Shown here in pieces: positions 26,001 to 39,225 of a stretch of 64,000 nucleotides of DNA (its first letter is position 1; each line of letters begins with the position of its first letter). The stretch is from Adineta vaga (taxonomy: Eukaryota > Animalia > Rotifera). The stretch is from NCBI GenBank assembly GCA_021613535.1, contig CP075496.1:4402001-4466000 (forward strand). The letters are read 5' to 3'. The notes beneath the pieces are model-generated. The model was given only the letters and a program-made list of their open reading frames with translations, did no database searches and was not told the DNA's origin. A program made the position numbers and the translations under genes.

Positions 26001-29000
26001 TGAATTCGGATGGTCGAATATGAAATACATACATGACATCATTGAGATTTTCAGCTGGATTTAGGATGTTGAAACGTGCTTGTTGTAGATGAGTAACTTC
26101 ACAATCAGTAAGAAATCGACCACCAGCATAAAAACTTTGTCTTCTTCTTGTTTTGTCAGAATGAGCTAGAAGATAATAAGCATGTGTCGAAAATGTTTGA
26201 TTAGTATCAAAGTTGAATCAACATACTGAGAAATGGTGCATTCCTTTGATATGATGGATCATTAAACACTTTCATCATCTCACGTTTACCACGATATCCT
26301 GAATACAAACATTCATCACAATCATTCGACAACAACAATCATCTCACTCACCAACAAAAGGTCGAATCGAACTCAAACGATCTGGAAGTTCACTATAATC
26401 ATAGGCGATGTATGAACGAAGAACTGGTTGACTATAATATGATGCATATTCATAGGTATTGATCAAATAAGCAGCAAAGGATATGTTCTACAAAATCACA
26501 AACATAAATATCAAATACGAACTCAAACATCAATCATACATACCATGGATTGACTGACATTAGTGAGTTCATAGACGAGATTTTGCCAATGAATTCGAAC
26601 AACGCGAGCAGCTGCAAACTGAGATGAACAATGTGTTGTTGGACATGCTGAATTAATGGCTGATTGAATGATTTCAGAATACATTTGTACATCACTTTCA
26701 GATGCATTCGTCGAACTAAACCAGTTGATTGTCATCACTGACGATCTCTTAAAAATACATGAATTATAAGGCAATGAGAAGAGTAAAACAATGCAATGCA
26801 ATATGTTACATTATCATAGAGTAGATCTGTCCAAAACGGTGCTGCAATCGCTTGTTGAGATATTTGACCAAAAGTAGATGTTGTCATTGTTCGACTGTAG
26901 AATGGTGTACCAAAAGTGATGTAACCTTTGTTTGATATCTATGACAATGGACATGACAAGAGAGAATGATATTTAGAGTGGCAAGAAATGATCATACCCA
27001 TATTCGTCGATATGTTTGTTCGAAGAAGTACATTGCATCAGGTAGAAGGTAAGGAATGATTCTGACTTTTGGATCACGAATGGAAGGTTGTGGAATGATA
27101 GGCAGTGCTAGATGTGAGGTGATAGTAGGGAAAAAGAGCAATGTACATATGTTGATAATGACATACTTGGACATGGTGGAGAATATGTGCATGATGTATT
27201 TTGTATTGCATTTCCACCACCACAGAGATCACTGTGACAGCTCTGTCCAATAGTGAAATCGATGCATGATCTGACTTCGAGCCGATACGCGATACCACAA
27301 CTTGGTGTACAATTACTTAGAGGAACCCAATTGGTCCAAGTACAAACTGTCATTTAGAAAAATACATTCAAATTCAAAAATGAAGTTGATTTACGTTACT
27401 TTGCGAACTAGCCGTCGAAGTAGTAGTTGTGACTGAGGTTGTTGTCGTCGTTGATGAGGTGTAGTTGTTTGTGTAGAAGTTGTCGTGTAGTTTATTGTAG
27501 TGATATTGTGAACTGCGGTATTTGTTAACATAGTCGTAGGAATAGTAATATCTGTTGATGCGGAGAAACTTGTTGTTATGGAGTAGTTTGTTAATCCTTC
27601 TATGTCAGTTGTTATTGATGTGATTGCACTCGATACTATAGAAGAATATGCATGCTAAAGTTTCTATACTTTAAGTTACACTACCTGTACTGAAGTCAGT
27701 ATTAATAGTTGATACATTTGATGTAACACCTGCATTTGTGGTGGTTGTTGGTGTAGTATCAGAGCTAGAAGTAATATCCACGCTAGCAGATTCACTTATA
27801 CTGGTTATCAACGGGTTTGCTGTTGTTGATGGAGTTGTTGGTAGAGCATCAGAGCTAGAAGTAGTATCTACACTAGTAGATCCGCTTATCAACGTATCTA
27901 TTGTTGTTGTAGATGTCGTTGAGACTGGAACATAGTATCAGAAGTGATGTCTACGCCAGCTGAACCGCTAATTTCAGTCATCATCGAGTTTGTGGTTGTT
28001 GTTAGTATTGGACTCGGTTGTACGGTTGTATATATAGTTGGTTTTGTTTCGTTCGTTTCTATTGTTGGTGGTAAATTTGTGTTTGTTGTACTTATCTTTG
28101 TTTCAGTTCCCTCAGATATCGTCACATATTCAGTAGTTCCAGGTGAAGTGTTTGCTATTTCGGAAGTTTCTGTTGATAGATGTGTGAAATTTGTATTTTC
28201 AATTGTTGTAGTCATTATAATTGGTGTGACCGTATCAGTGCTGATAGGTGTTATTATTTCAGAAGTACTAGTAGTTGACAATGTTATAGGTAGTGATGAA
28301 GTTGGAATTATTGTAAAACTTGTTTCATCTGAAACATCGAACGTTGTTTTGGTTTCGTTAGTATATATTGCTGTGTCGCTTATCATAGTAGTAGTCGTGA
28401 CTAGAGTAACGATCGTGTCTGTATTGGTTATGGTACTGGCATCACTAAATACCGAGGGTATTGAAGTCGGTGGAGTAATTATAGAATTCGTTGTTTCACT
28501 AATGTCTACTGCTGTTCTTGAACTAGTATCAGTTGATATAATTGCTGGTGTTTCTGTACCAATAGGTGTAATCATCGTTGAACTAATGATTTCAATAGTG
28601 CTAGAGTTTGAAACCATGTTAGTAATACTTTCATATGTTGTAGCACTATATGCAATATCTGCAGATGTTGGTACCGGCTTGTTTGTATGTGTGATAGAGC
28701 TAGGTCCTTCAGAAATACCTTCCGTTGTTTTAGTATCTGTGCTTCCGGTGGCTGTTGTTACGTCTCTAATTGTTTCAGCAATATCTGATGCAGTTTGTGA
28801 TGTTCCATTAAGTGTAGAATAACTAGCCATATCAGTCATATGGATTTCTGATGTCACATAAGCAGCACTGCTCGAAGTAACAGTGTCATACAATGTAAAC
28901 AATGTCGACGTATTATCAGCAATAACTGTTTCTGACATATAGCTGGTTGTACCAGTTGCTTCTTTGGTGACTTCTGTTGATATTTCAGTTTTACTAGTTT

Positions 29001-32000
29001 TTGTTTCTTCTCCACCTTCTGTAGTTTGAAAAGTTGTAGAAAACATGACTTCTGTGTTTGTAATTAGTTCTTCTGTTACAATCTGTGTTGATATCGATAG
29101 TGTTGTTGTTGTCAAACTAGTGACATTAGTATAGTTTTCTAAAATAAAAATGTAAAAATACAACTGATGAAGATCTTCATCAGTGATATAAACTATTTAA
29201 ATCTACCTGGAATTCGTGTTGCTGTATCGGCAATTATTTGAGCTAATACTAAAACATAACTCTCATTATAAGCAATGTCATTGCTGAAAAGACGATTAGC
29301 AAATTCCACACGATCTGTCGAATTCATTGTTACATTTAAGGTCACTAGTAGTTGAAGATCTGGTAACAAAACATCCCTATTGATTCAAATATGAAAATGT
29401 AAATTTTTCTATCTACATAAATTTATTAAAGATTTATTTACTGAGTATCGAACACATCCATACATGAGGCATCACACGATATACTGATATTATTCAAAAT
29501 ATCTGAAATCTAGATGAACAATAATAAGTTCTGAGATTGCTTTCAGAGTTAATCGAAAAAATCATACTTGATTTTCTAAAGATATTAATGCCGAATCTTT
29601 AATTAAAACACTGCGAACCGATTTTTTGAATTTCATATGCAATAAAATCCATGTTTGACCTGTGGTGTTCACTCAAATTAGCATATATGTTTTCAAAAAT
29701 AAAAAAATTTTTTACCGCTGACATTAACACATTCCGTTTCATTATAATACACAAACGGATGATCGAGACAACGGCATGTTTCTCTCGTTGGATCAGATGA
29801 AACGGCAAGTTGCAATGCATTTATTGGACATGTGCATCGACCTGTTGCTGAACTGCACGAAGCAGGCTCTTTGCATCCGTTTTCGCAGAATGATGAATAG
29901 ATTGTTGCCAGACATAAATCACTTGTATTTCGAGCATTTTCAAATTGATGTTCGTAGTTACCTTCGAAAATCATTTTCACATTCTAAATAACTTTACTTA
30001 TACGCACAAGAACATACCTCCTAATGAATAACCAGGAGCACACCGGCATTCCCAAGAACCTGCCGTATTGACACAGTATGTATTATTATAGTCGGCACAG
30101 CTAGTCAATGCCGCATTACATTCGTCAATATCAACGCAGGATCCATTCATATTCTAAAGTATCAATCATCAATGTTACAATCTTTCAATACAAACTATAC
30201 TTCTCGCTTCTCTCCTCACCTTATAACCATCTTTACAACTACAAACATAACTTCCAACTGTATTCACACATTTAGAACTTTCTCCATCACAATTATCTGC
30301 TTGCTGTACACATTCATCAACATCTATAATCAAACATAAACACACACACATAATACATATTCTTCTTCATTTCATCATCGCTACATACCAATGCAAACAT
30401 CACTTGTTGCATTTCGTTCATAGCCATTTTTACAAACACAAATTGCACTACCATTTTGTGCATCAGTAGTACAGTCTTCAGTCATATTGTTACATTTACT
30501 AGCACTTCCTAAAAAACAATATTACCATCAAACATTGAATACAAAACAAATGCACAGTCGCACCACATGCATCGATGAGTTGAACACAATTTGGTGCCCG
30601 ATATCCAACATCACACATACAACTCTCATTTACATGCGTTGCATTGCGATTACACACGCCATGATTACATTCACATGTTTCTCGACAACCATAGCCATAG
30701 CTGAGATCACGACATTCTACAAACAAGATTATTCATCAGAAAGTATCATCTAGGGAATCAGTCACTTACCAACGCATCGTTGTCCATCATTCGAAAGCTC
30801 ATATCCGACATATTTCATACAGTTACACTGATATGTATCATTTATTTGATCACAAAAACCAGCACATGTCGAATCACACCATGCTACAATAATCATCAAT
30901 ACAACTTAGCACTGATAATAACTAATATGACTAACACTTACGAACACATTGGTTATTAACATTCACAGTACCATGTAAACATAATATCAATCCACTCTCA
31001 TTATCCATACAAGTATCATTCAAGCAAAGACTGGCATTGTCTAACGAAACAAAATGTGTATCGATTGAAAAAAGATTCAACTGAATCAATGTTATCTAAT
31101 CTCAGTATACATACAAGTACAAGTTCCAGTTGTATTGAAAATGGCACTACATTCACATTCATAACTACCATCGTTATTGACACAAACATCGACATCATTG
31201 GGACAACGACGCGAAAAACTACCGTCGATGTTCGGCTCATTGCATTCGTTAATATCTGCATGGAAACGATTACAACTAATCATGAGGGTCAAGAGAAAGA
31301 ACTTACCAACACATGTTTGATTGTGAAATCGATATCCACTTGTACAGTTACATGTGAATGATCCAGGAAGATTTATACATGGACCATGTCGACATATGGA
31401 TGGATCTGATTGACATTCATCAACATCTAGATGCAATGAGAAAATGTGAATATGAAAGTAAAAAAGAAGAAGAAGAAGAAGAGAATGGATGTACCTTCAC
31501 AAGTATAATCATCTGTAGAATGATATCCATTGATGCATGTACCATTACAATAGTAAGAACGATTTTGGAGTTGTTGTTCGGTCGGCGATAGTGAGATACA
31601 TGTTGTTTGGTTGTTCCAATGAAGTGTACAAGCACTGGGAGATGCACATGCACTATAGTTGTATTCACATAGATCACCTGAAGAAAAGAAGTGACGAATG
31701 GATTCGATAGTTCGGAATAAATGTGCATACCATCGAATTGTGGTGGACAATCACATGAAGCAATCTGATAGTGAGAAGTGATGTGTGTTGTTTCCTGGAA
31801 GTCACATGTGCCATCATTAGTGCATAGACAAACGATGATATCGAAGTATTTTTGCCATGTAGAATTTGTTCCAAAGTTTACAGTTAATCTATTGTGTAAT
31901 AGAAAAAAAAATGAAAGTTCATGCGTTTAACTTTATTCAATTGAATCTATCAGTCTTATGACATGATAGGTAAGAGATGAATTCTGACGTCATCATTGAA

Positions 32001-35000
32001 TTAAAAATACTTACAATACGTCAACGAAATCAAGAATATTATTAGGAATCGGTATTGTGATGAATGAATCGTTGAAAGAAACATTATAAGAGGATTCGTT
32101 TGTGTAAGCCATGAAAAGAATATCACTCACATTCCATCCAGTAATATTGAATAATAATGTATAATTACGATTCGATTCATCAATGGGTAATGTAATTTGA
32201 ATAGGCAATACAATATCGATTGTTGGTTGAGTTTCAGCTATTTTTAATGAACATGATTAATAAATGAAAGCTATTTTCGATTTTTAATTTTACCTAAAAT
32301 ATTTCGCGAATTTTCTGTTGATTGGATTATTGAATCAGTTTCTTGACTTGTAAATGAATTTATACGGATAAGATAATCATGTACACATTCGAAGCGTCCT
32401 GAACATATTTGTTCGACCATAGTTTTACTCAAAGATGGATTGAGTATTGCCAGAAAATCTGATGCATTGTTATAATACCAATTGACGAAATTTCTCGGCA
32501 TAATAGGTATACGATCATCTTGATCTCCGTCATCGGACAATTTCCCTAGAAGAACAATGGTTTCGTCAATACGACTGCTTTATCTATCAACTTACATGAA
32601 TGACAAGCATTAAGTACGTCCATATCACTGCTCAATGGACCCGAATTAGATGCCGAAGATATAGAAAGTGTCTGATTTGTTCGTCGATCAATCAGATCAT
32701 CATTTGGTTCTCCATTGAAATTACCAGCTAGACCTTCGATAAAGGTTCGATATTTTTCTGGTAATGTTGTTATACATTCAAGATTTTCGATGACGATTTG
32801 GCATTCAATAGACATTCCTAGCATATTTAAACAATTTTTATTCTATTTCCGAGAAAAAATAAGTTATATAAACACTTACCAGACCACAGAGAGATTATCA
32901 ACTGAGGTACCGTAAGATTTGAAACAGTTACAGGTATTTGCATTATTCGATAAGTATACTGATCTGTATCATTTACAGAAGAGATATAATCATAATTCAA
33001 GTTATTTACTAAGTCGTCAGTAAGAGCAGTATCATTATTGATAGTACAGCCTTAAATTATAAAACTCTAAAATGTATATTCGTAATAAAATTAAAACATT
33101 CTTACCAAACTTTCCGTTGTTATTACTAATCACAAAACTCACACTATCAGTGATTATTGTATAACTTGTAAATATCGACCCATATCCTTGTGTTCGCTCT
33201 ATATATGATAGTACTGGTGACACCATCACTGATCGAACATAAATTCGAAACAAATCATCAGGGTATATCAAGTTCACATCAGAGATATTGCTAGCAGTAT
33301 TGTTCTCGGCTCTCACTCGTGCGGCATCTGTCGTTTGAGCAAAGACATATAAACCTTGAATATGACATGTATATCGGCCATTATCTATTGTATTAACATG
33401 TGGATCACCAACACCACTCACTAAAACAACACTCACTCTATCATCTATCATCATCATCATCAACAACAACGACATCTCACCGATTGCTGGTGCCCGATAA
33501 CCTGTGCAACTACTAGCTGGATGGAGCTGATAATAAAGACGACATCTTTGCCAATTTGGAATTCCATCCTGACGTGATGGCGCACAACATTGATCACTAA
33601 ACAATAACACACCCTCATCGTTTTACAGCTCCTTTCTACACCTTTCAACAGCAATGAACATACTAGAAGGTGATTCGTCTCTGGGATGGATGGCGATTGA
33701 AAAGAATCTGACCATTCGATAGAACTGAACCAGCCAAATAACCAGAAGTGATCAGATCGCGCGTCACTCGATTGTAACAACATGTCTGAAATATAGAAAA
33801 CAACAATCGACATCAGTCTCCGTCTCGAATCGCAATGTGCGCATGAGTTTACTTGTGATCTCAATAATTTGGTAGTCCACCGAAATCGAATCCAATTGTT
33901 TGTCATCGGTCCATAACAAATGACATGCTGAGATGTTTCATAAGCTGTTTCACTGAATAGTCGACCGAAACGACGATCGATCTGTGCTTGTGCGAGTGTG
34001 CATGGACATGGAAATCGAGGATTATTTCTATACAAAAGTCAACATTGTTACTGAATTCGGATGGTCGGATACGAAATACATACACGACATCATTGAGATT
34101 TTCAGCTGGATTTAGGATGTTGAAATGTGTTTGTTGTAGATGAGTAACTTCACAATCACTGAGAAATCGACCACCAGCATAAAAACTTTGTCTTCTTCTT
34201 GTTTTGTCAGAATAAGCTAGAAGATAATGAGCATGTGCCGAAAAGGTTTGATTAGTATCAAAGTTGAATCAACATACTGAGAAATGGTGCATTCCTTTGA
34301 TATGATGGGTCATTAAACACTTTCATCATCTCACGTTTACCACGATATCCTGAATACAAACGCTCATCACAATCATTCGACAACAACAATCATCTCACTC
34401 ACCAACAAATGGTCGAATCGAACTCAAACGATCTGGAAGTTCACTATAATCATAGGCGATGTATGAACGAAGAACTGGTTGACTATAATATGATGCATAT
34501 TCATAGGTATTGATCAAATAAGCAGCAAAGGATATGTTCTACAAAATCACAAACATAAATATCAAATACGAACTCAAACATCAATCATACATACCATGGA
34601 TTGACTGACATTAGTGAGCTCATAGACGAGATTTTGCCAATGAATTCGAACAACGCGAGCAGCTGCAAACCGAGATGAACAATGTGTTGTTGGACATGCC
34701 GAATTAATGGCAGATTGAATGATTTCAGAATACATTTGTACATCACTTTCCGATGCATTCGTCGAACTAAACCAGTTGATTGTCATCACTGATGTTCTCT
34801 TAAATATACACGAATTATAAGACAATGAGAAGAGTAAAACAATGCAATGCAATATGTTACATTATCATAGAGTAGATCTGTCCAAAACGGTGCTGCAATC
34901 GCTTGTTGAGATATTTGACCAAAAGTAGATGTTGTCATTGTTCGACTGTAGAATGGTGTACCAAAAGTGATGTAACCTTTGTTTGATATCTATGACAATG

Positions 35001-36820
35001 GACATGACAAGAGAAAATGATATTTAGAGTGGCAAGAAATGATCATACCCATATTCGTCGATATGTTTGTTCGAAGAAGTACATTGCATCAGGTAGAAGG
35101 TAAGGAATGATTCTGACTTTTGGATCACGAATGGAAGGTTGTGGAATGATAGGCAGTGCTAGATGTGAGGTGATAGTAGGGAAAAAGAGCAACGTGCATA
35201 TGTTGATAATGACATACTTGGACATAGTGGAGAATATGTGCATGATGTATTTTGTATTGCATTTCCACCACCACAGAGATCACTGTGACAGCTCTGTCCA
35301 ATAGTGAAATCGATGCATGATCTGACTTCGAGCCGATACGCGATACCACAACTTGGTGTACAATTACTTAGAGGAACCCAATTGGTCCAAGTACAAACTA
35401 TAAATAAAACAATTTTGTGATAAGGATATGGATGTGAATATTGTTAATCGATGTTACTTTGTGGTCGTGTTGTCGTTGTTGTAGAAGTCGAGGTGGAAGT
35501 TGTCGTTGTAGTTGAAGCTGTCGATATAAGTGGTACATCAGTAGTGGTTTGAATTGTTGTGGTCGAGTCGATTGTTGAAGGAGTTGTTGTTGTATCTGTG
35601 GATTCAGTACCTGTAACATAAAGTGTTTACATCTGAGTAACATGTTTCTTATAAGATACTTATTATAATAGAATAGTAGATATATATTATTCTAGTATAA
35701 TTACTAAGTGAAAAGTATCATCTATTGTAAAATGTAAAATATATATTTGTTCAAGAGCAACGATTATTTAACTATAATTGAACAGTTTTTGACTGTTGTA
35801 TATCAAAGGATAAAGCTCTTATGTGAAGAAAAAGTTCTCATTATATACTTCATTTTTAGAAGGACATGTATCGTTCTTCATGTATGTTCTGATAAAACGT
35901 TGTCGTAATAATCACTTCCCGTGTTGTTCAAAATAATGTTTTCCTTAAGATATACATTAGTGTCAGTGATAAATTGGGATACTAGTGACGCCGAAATATG
36001 CATTGAAAATCGAAATTTATAGTTAGAACAAGACATAGCGAACGGAAGATCAACTTTCATACACATGATACAAAAAATATAAAAGAAAAGCGAACAAATA
36101 TTCGTAAAACATTTCTGTAGTTGTAGCAATTTCTATGTTAGCTATAAATGATCACAAGAAAATGATTGATAGATATTGATTTTCTGCTCGTAAAGTATTT
36201 CTTTTTTAAAAATTAGGAAAAATTAAATACAATACTTTGTTTCACTTATACGTGAAAGCATAAGAGTCCAAGTAAATAACTTACTCTCTTCTTCAGTAAC
36301 GGTACCACTACCATCCATAGGTAACGTTTGAGATAGATCAAAAAACCACGAAGCATCACGTTTATCATGTTCGAGTAATTCTGTATTCGAGTCAGATATC
36401 AATGTTGGTATAGCGACATTTTGAGAATTCGCTACTCGATAACTTTCAATTGATGGTTGCTCGAAATTATACCGATCAAATGTTGGTTGAAAATATGTAT
36501 CTATATCATCATGAACATCGATTGACTTTAATTCAAGTATTTTTCCTGTCAAACGAGAATCAGTATGTTGTTCATTTTCAATCGATTCTTGATCAGTAGC
36601 AGAATGAACACCTAAACAATGCATACAACTTATTTCATGTATGAAAAAGAACAAATAAGAACAACAAAATTGATTTGATCTTCCAGTATCTATCTTTCGG
36701 CTTATCAATGATTTCATGTTTACCTGTTATAGAACTGATTAATATTGTGATCGAAATAATAGCTAATAACCAAGTAATTGTTCGCAGTTTAATAAAACGA
36801 TTTCTGCGATGTGTATTCAT
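20029..36820 (-). CDS. Giant MUC4/SUSD2/Mesh-like type I membrane mucin with two tandem ectodomain cassettes (TSP1-NIDO-AMOP-vWD-EGF array-SEA-like), a Thr/Ser linker, one TM and a cytoplasmic tail
   Basis: One signal-like N-terminus (MNTHRRNRFIKLRTITWLLAIISITILISSITG, 36820). Each of these occurs twice: TSP1 (CTWTNWVPLSNCTPSCGIAYR), NIDO (IAAPFWTDL), AMOP (FPCPCTLAQAQIDRRF, CCY, LYYQLHPASSCTGY), vWD (GVGDPHVNTIDNGRY, EGLAGNFNG), Ca-EGFs (DVDEC, DINEC). One TM (WIIIVGVISAIAGLLLILAIFMCII, about 20730-20800). Two apparent frameshifts in the linker. Confidence 0.75.
21937..23702. repeat. Near-identical duplicated block 1, copy A (EGF exons and introns); partner 30118-31891
   Basis: Direct comparison: both copies begin acattcgtcaatatcaacgcagg and end ccaaagtttacagttaatcta. 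Only scattered SNPs and microsatellite indels. Offset 8181-8189. Confidence 0.95.
25048..27348. repeat. Near-identical duplicated block 2, copy A (TSP1-NIDO-AMOP-vWD N-half); partner 33101-35399
   Basis: Both copies begin cttacc(g/a)aactttccgttg and end ttggtccaagtacaaact. Offset 8051-8053. Confidence 0.95.
30118..31891. repeat. Duplicated block 1, copy B
   Basis: Matches 21937-23702 including introns. ORF translations are nearly identical (e.g. 31092-31436 vs 22906-23250). Confidence 0.95.
33101..35399. repeat. Duplicated block 2, copy B
   Basis: Matches 25048-27348 including introns. Confidence 0.95.
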
Positions 36821-39170
36821 AATCTAGTAGACAAATACGAGTGATAATTATAACATATTCAACATTCGTAGATTATCGAAGAAACAAAAAAAGAAAAGAG
36901 AGCAAGATACCGATTGAGTATATGAATTGTCGTCGGTGACTTAAGCATGAGAATAAAAAAGGACAGTGTAAGACAGAGAAAGAAGAAAAAAATTCTTTTT
37001 TTCTAACTATTTATTCTCTTCTACTATTGATTTGCACACAAAAGTATGATCATATGCGTAAATGACATTGTATTTGTTCGTCCGTTGTTCAGCCCATCAT
37101 GCTGTGAGCAAAAAATTGCTCTTCAAGACTTTAAATATGATCAAAATGAATGCTTACATTACTTCATTTTTCATCTGTATAACATTTGATATAATGATCG
37201 AATGTATAGATAAAAAATAATCTTAAGAAACTTATGAGATTTTTGGTCAATATAAGAATAAGTTTATTCACATAAATATTTGTTTTATTCTTATTTCCTA
37301 TCCATTTCAAGTCGATTTGCAAGCATTTAAAAGCAAAAAAGTCATGAAAACTGTCACATACCTACGCGATTGATATTATTTCATCAATGTCAAAATCATA
37401 TCATTTAGAATAGCATGACAATGAATAAACTAATAACAACACTCAAAGCAATTACTGACTTTCATCATACAACAAACTTTCTCATAGAGAGATGCACCAA
37501 ATCTTTGCTTATAATCAGTTGAAGTAAAACATATTTTGATTATTAACAAAATAGCTTACATATCTTTTCACAACAAACTCTCATTCAATCAGATATTTGA
37601 CAAACAAACAGACATTTATTAAATAAATCATTACATATTCAAAGTTAATGGCTTTTATTTCTGATCAAAAGCAACAAACAAAGTTAACTTCATTGAATAA
37701 ATTCCATAGATATAATAACCATCGAAATCGATACATTTTCTCTGTGGACATAAACATCGTTATGAACAATTACCAGACATCCATGCATAACTTCGATCTA
37801 TATACCATTATATATAAATGTATGTCTACAAATACATGTTTGCCTTGCAGTGAAAATTTCGACAAGTTGACAAAAGGTTCAGTTTGATAGATCGAATGTA
37901 TAAATGAACTAGTTACTCGTTCAATCCACTTGAAAAAAAAACAATTTTCAAGAAGCAATAAGTATATACAAATGAACAGAAGAACGAAAACTGAACTTCT
38001 TCAGTGATATTTTATTCAATATCCTTGAAAATAAATATATCAGTGGATGGATCATATCCTCCTTTTTTTTCTCTTCATTTTGCTAGAAAATGTGCATATA
38101 TATATTTCAATATATCATTATATCACGTCCTTGAGTTTTATAATATATCAAGTGAAAAATGATGATGTTAATGAAACAAACTCATTCAAATATATTTGTA
38201 TTTGATCTATTACATTTGTAAATATGAAATATCATGTCAATCATATATCTAGAATGTTTTCGTTGCTTGATTAAAGGAAATCAATCCTATTCATTCGTTT
38301 ACGTGCGGTTTTGCTTTCTTGAGAAAAAAAAATGTACTAGAAATCATGGTTTTCGATAGAAAATTTTCAGAAAGTTGTAAGAGAAGAAACAAAAAATGGT
38401 AATCGATCAGACGATCGTATACGTATACATTTAACAAGATTGACAACATTTATAACTTACGAAATTTAATTCTTTCCTAATATTTAAACACTTTCTTTTG
38501 TTATCAAATATCTAATCGATCAATATTATGTGTATGTATGTGTGCATGATATTTGATCATATAAAAATTGTCCAAAGATCACTGTTATACAAAAATAAGA
38601 TTTTAAATCATATAATGATTGAAAGAAAATTTAAATTATCGATTGTAATTATATAATATTGAATTAAATATGAAAAATTTTCATTTGTAGATTTAAAACG
38701 AAAGTCAATTATTGAATTGAAGTGTCTTTCCTCGATTGAATGATCTTAAAGTATTCATTTATCAAAGAGAATCGAACAGATCATTTTCATGATGATTGTC
38801 TTTTCTGCATGAAGAAATCGTTCTATTACCATTGGCTAGTAGTCATCGAAAAGAATCAAATCATATCTTTAACTTATTCTGTTGTGTTGAACAATATAAC
38901 AGAACAAGACAAAATGATTATGACTTTTCATTGTGTACCATGCAAGTCCATCCTCTATCTGTATTATTTTGTTGATTCTTTTGGTACATGTTAATTATAG
39001 CTTAAGTTAAATAAATGTTAAAAGAAAAGAAAAGAAAACAATGAAATTTTGTATTTAGAAAAAAAGATACCGCGCCTTCTTATCGTTGTGAAGACATTCG
39101 AGGCGTCATATTACTTCATTTTTATCTATTCATTTTTGTTAAAGTTTATCTAAAAGACTTGTTGTGTATA

Positions 39171-39176
39171 TATAAA
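39171..39176 (+). promoter_or_regulatory. Candidate TATA box upstream of araA
   Basis: TATAAA(GG) about 50 nt upstream of ATG 39226. Weak evidence in AT-rich DNA. Confidence 0.3.
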
Positions 39177-39225
39177 GGAAAAAAAATGTTTTCTTTTCAT
39201 CGTATATCAATTGAATACAACGAAT

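Noticed and set aside
27944-28822. Val-rich plus-strand ORF (and similar ORFs at 8065-8433, 8498-8971, 53363-54211)
   Set aside because: Reverse complements of Thr-rich coding sequence, with no independent gene signals.
21937-35399. Long direct repeats considered as LTRs or a transposon
   Set aside because: The repeats consist of the mucin gene's own exons and introns. No reverse transcriptase, integrase, transposase or terminal motifs were seen.
36821-39225. Short ORFs in the region between the mucin gene and araA (also 17672-18949, 56725-57036, 60780-61401)
   Set aside because: AT-rich intergenic, intronic or UTR sequence with no recognisable motifs or consistent exon chain.
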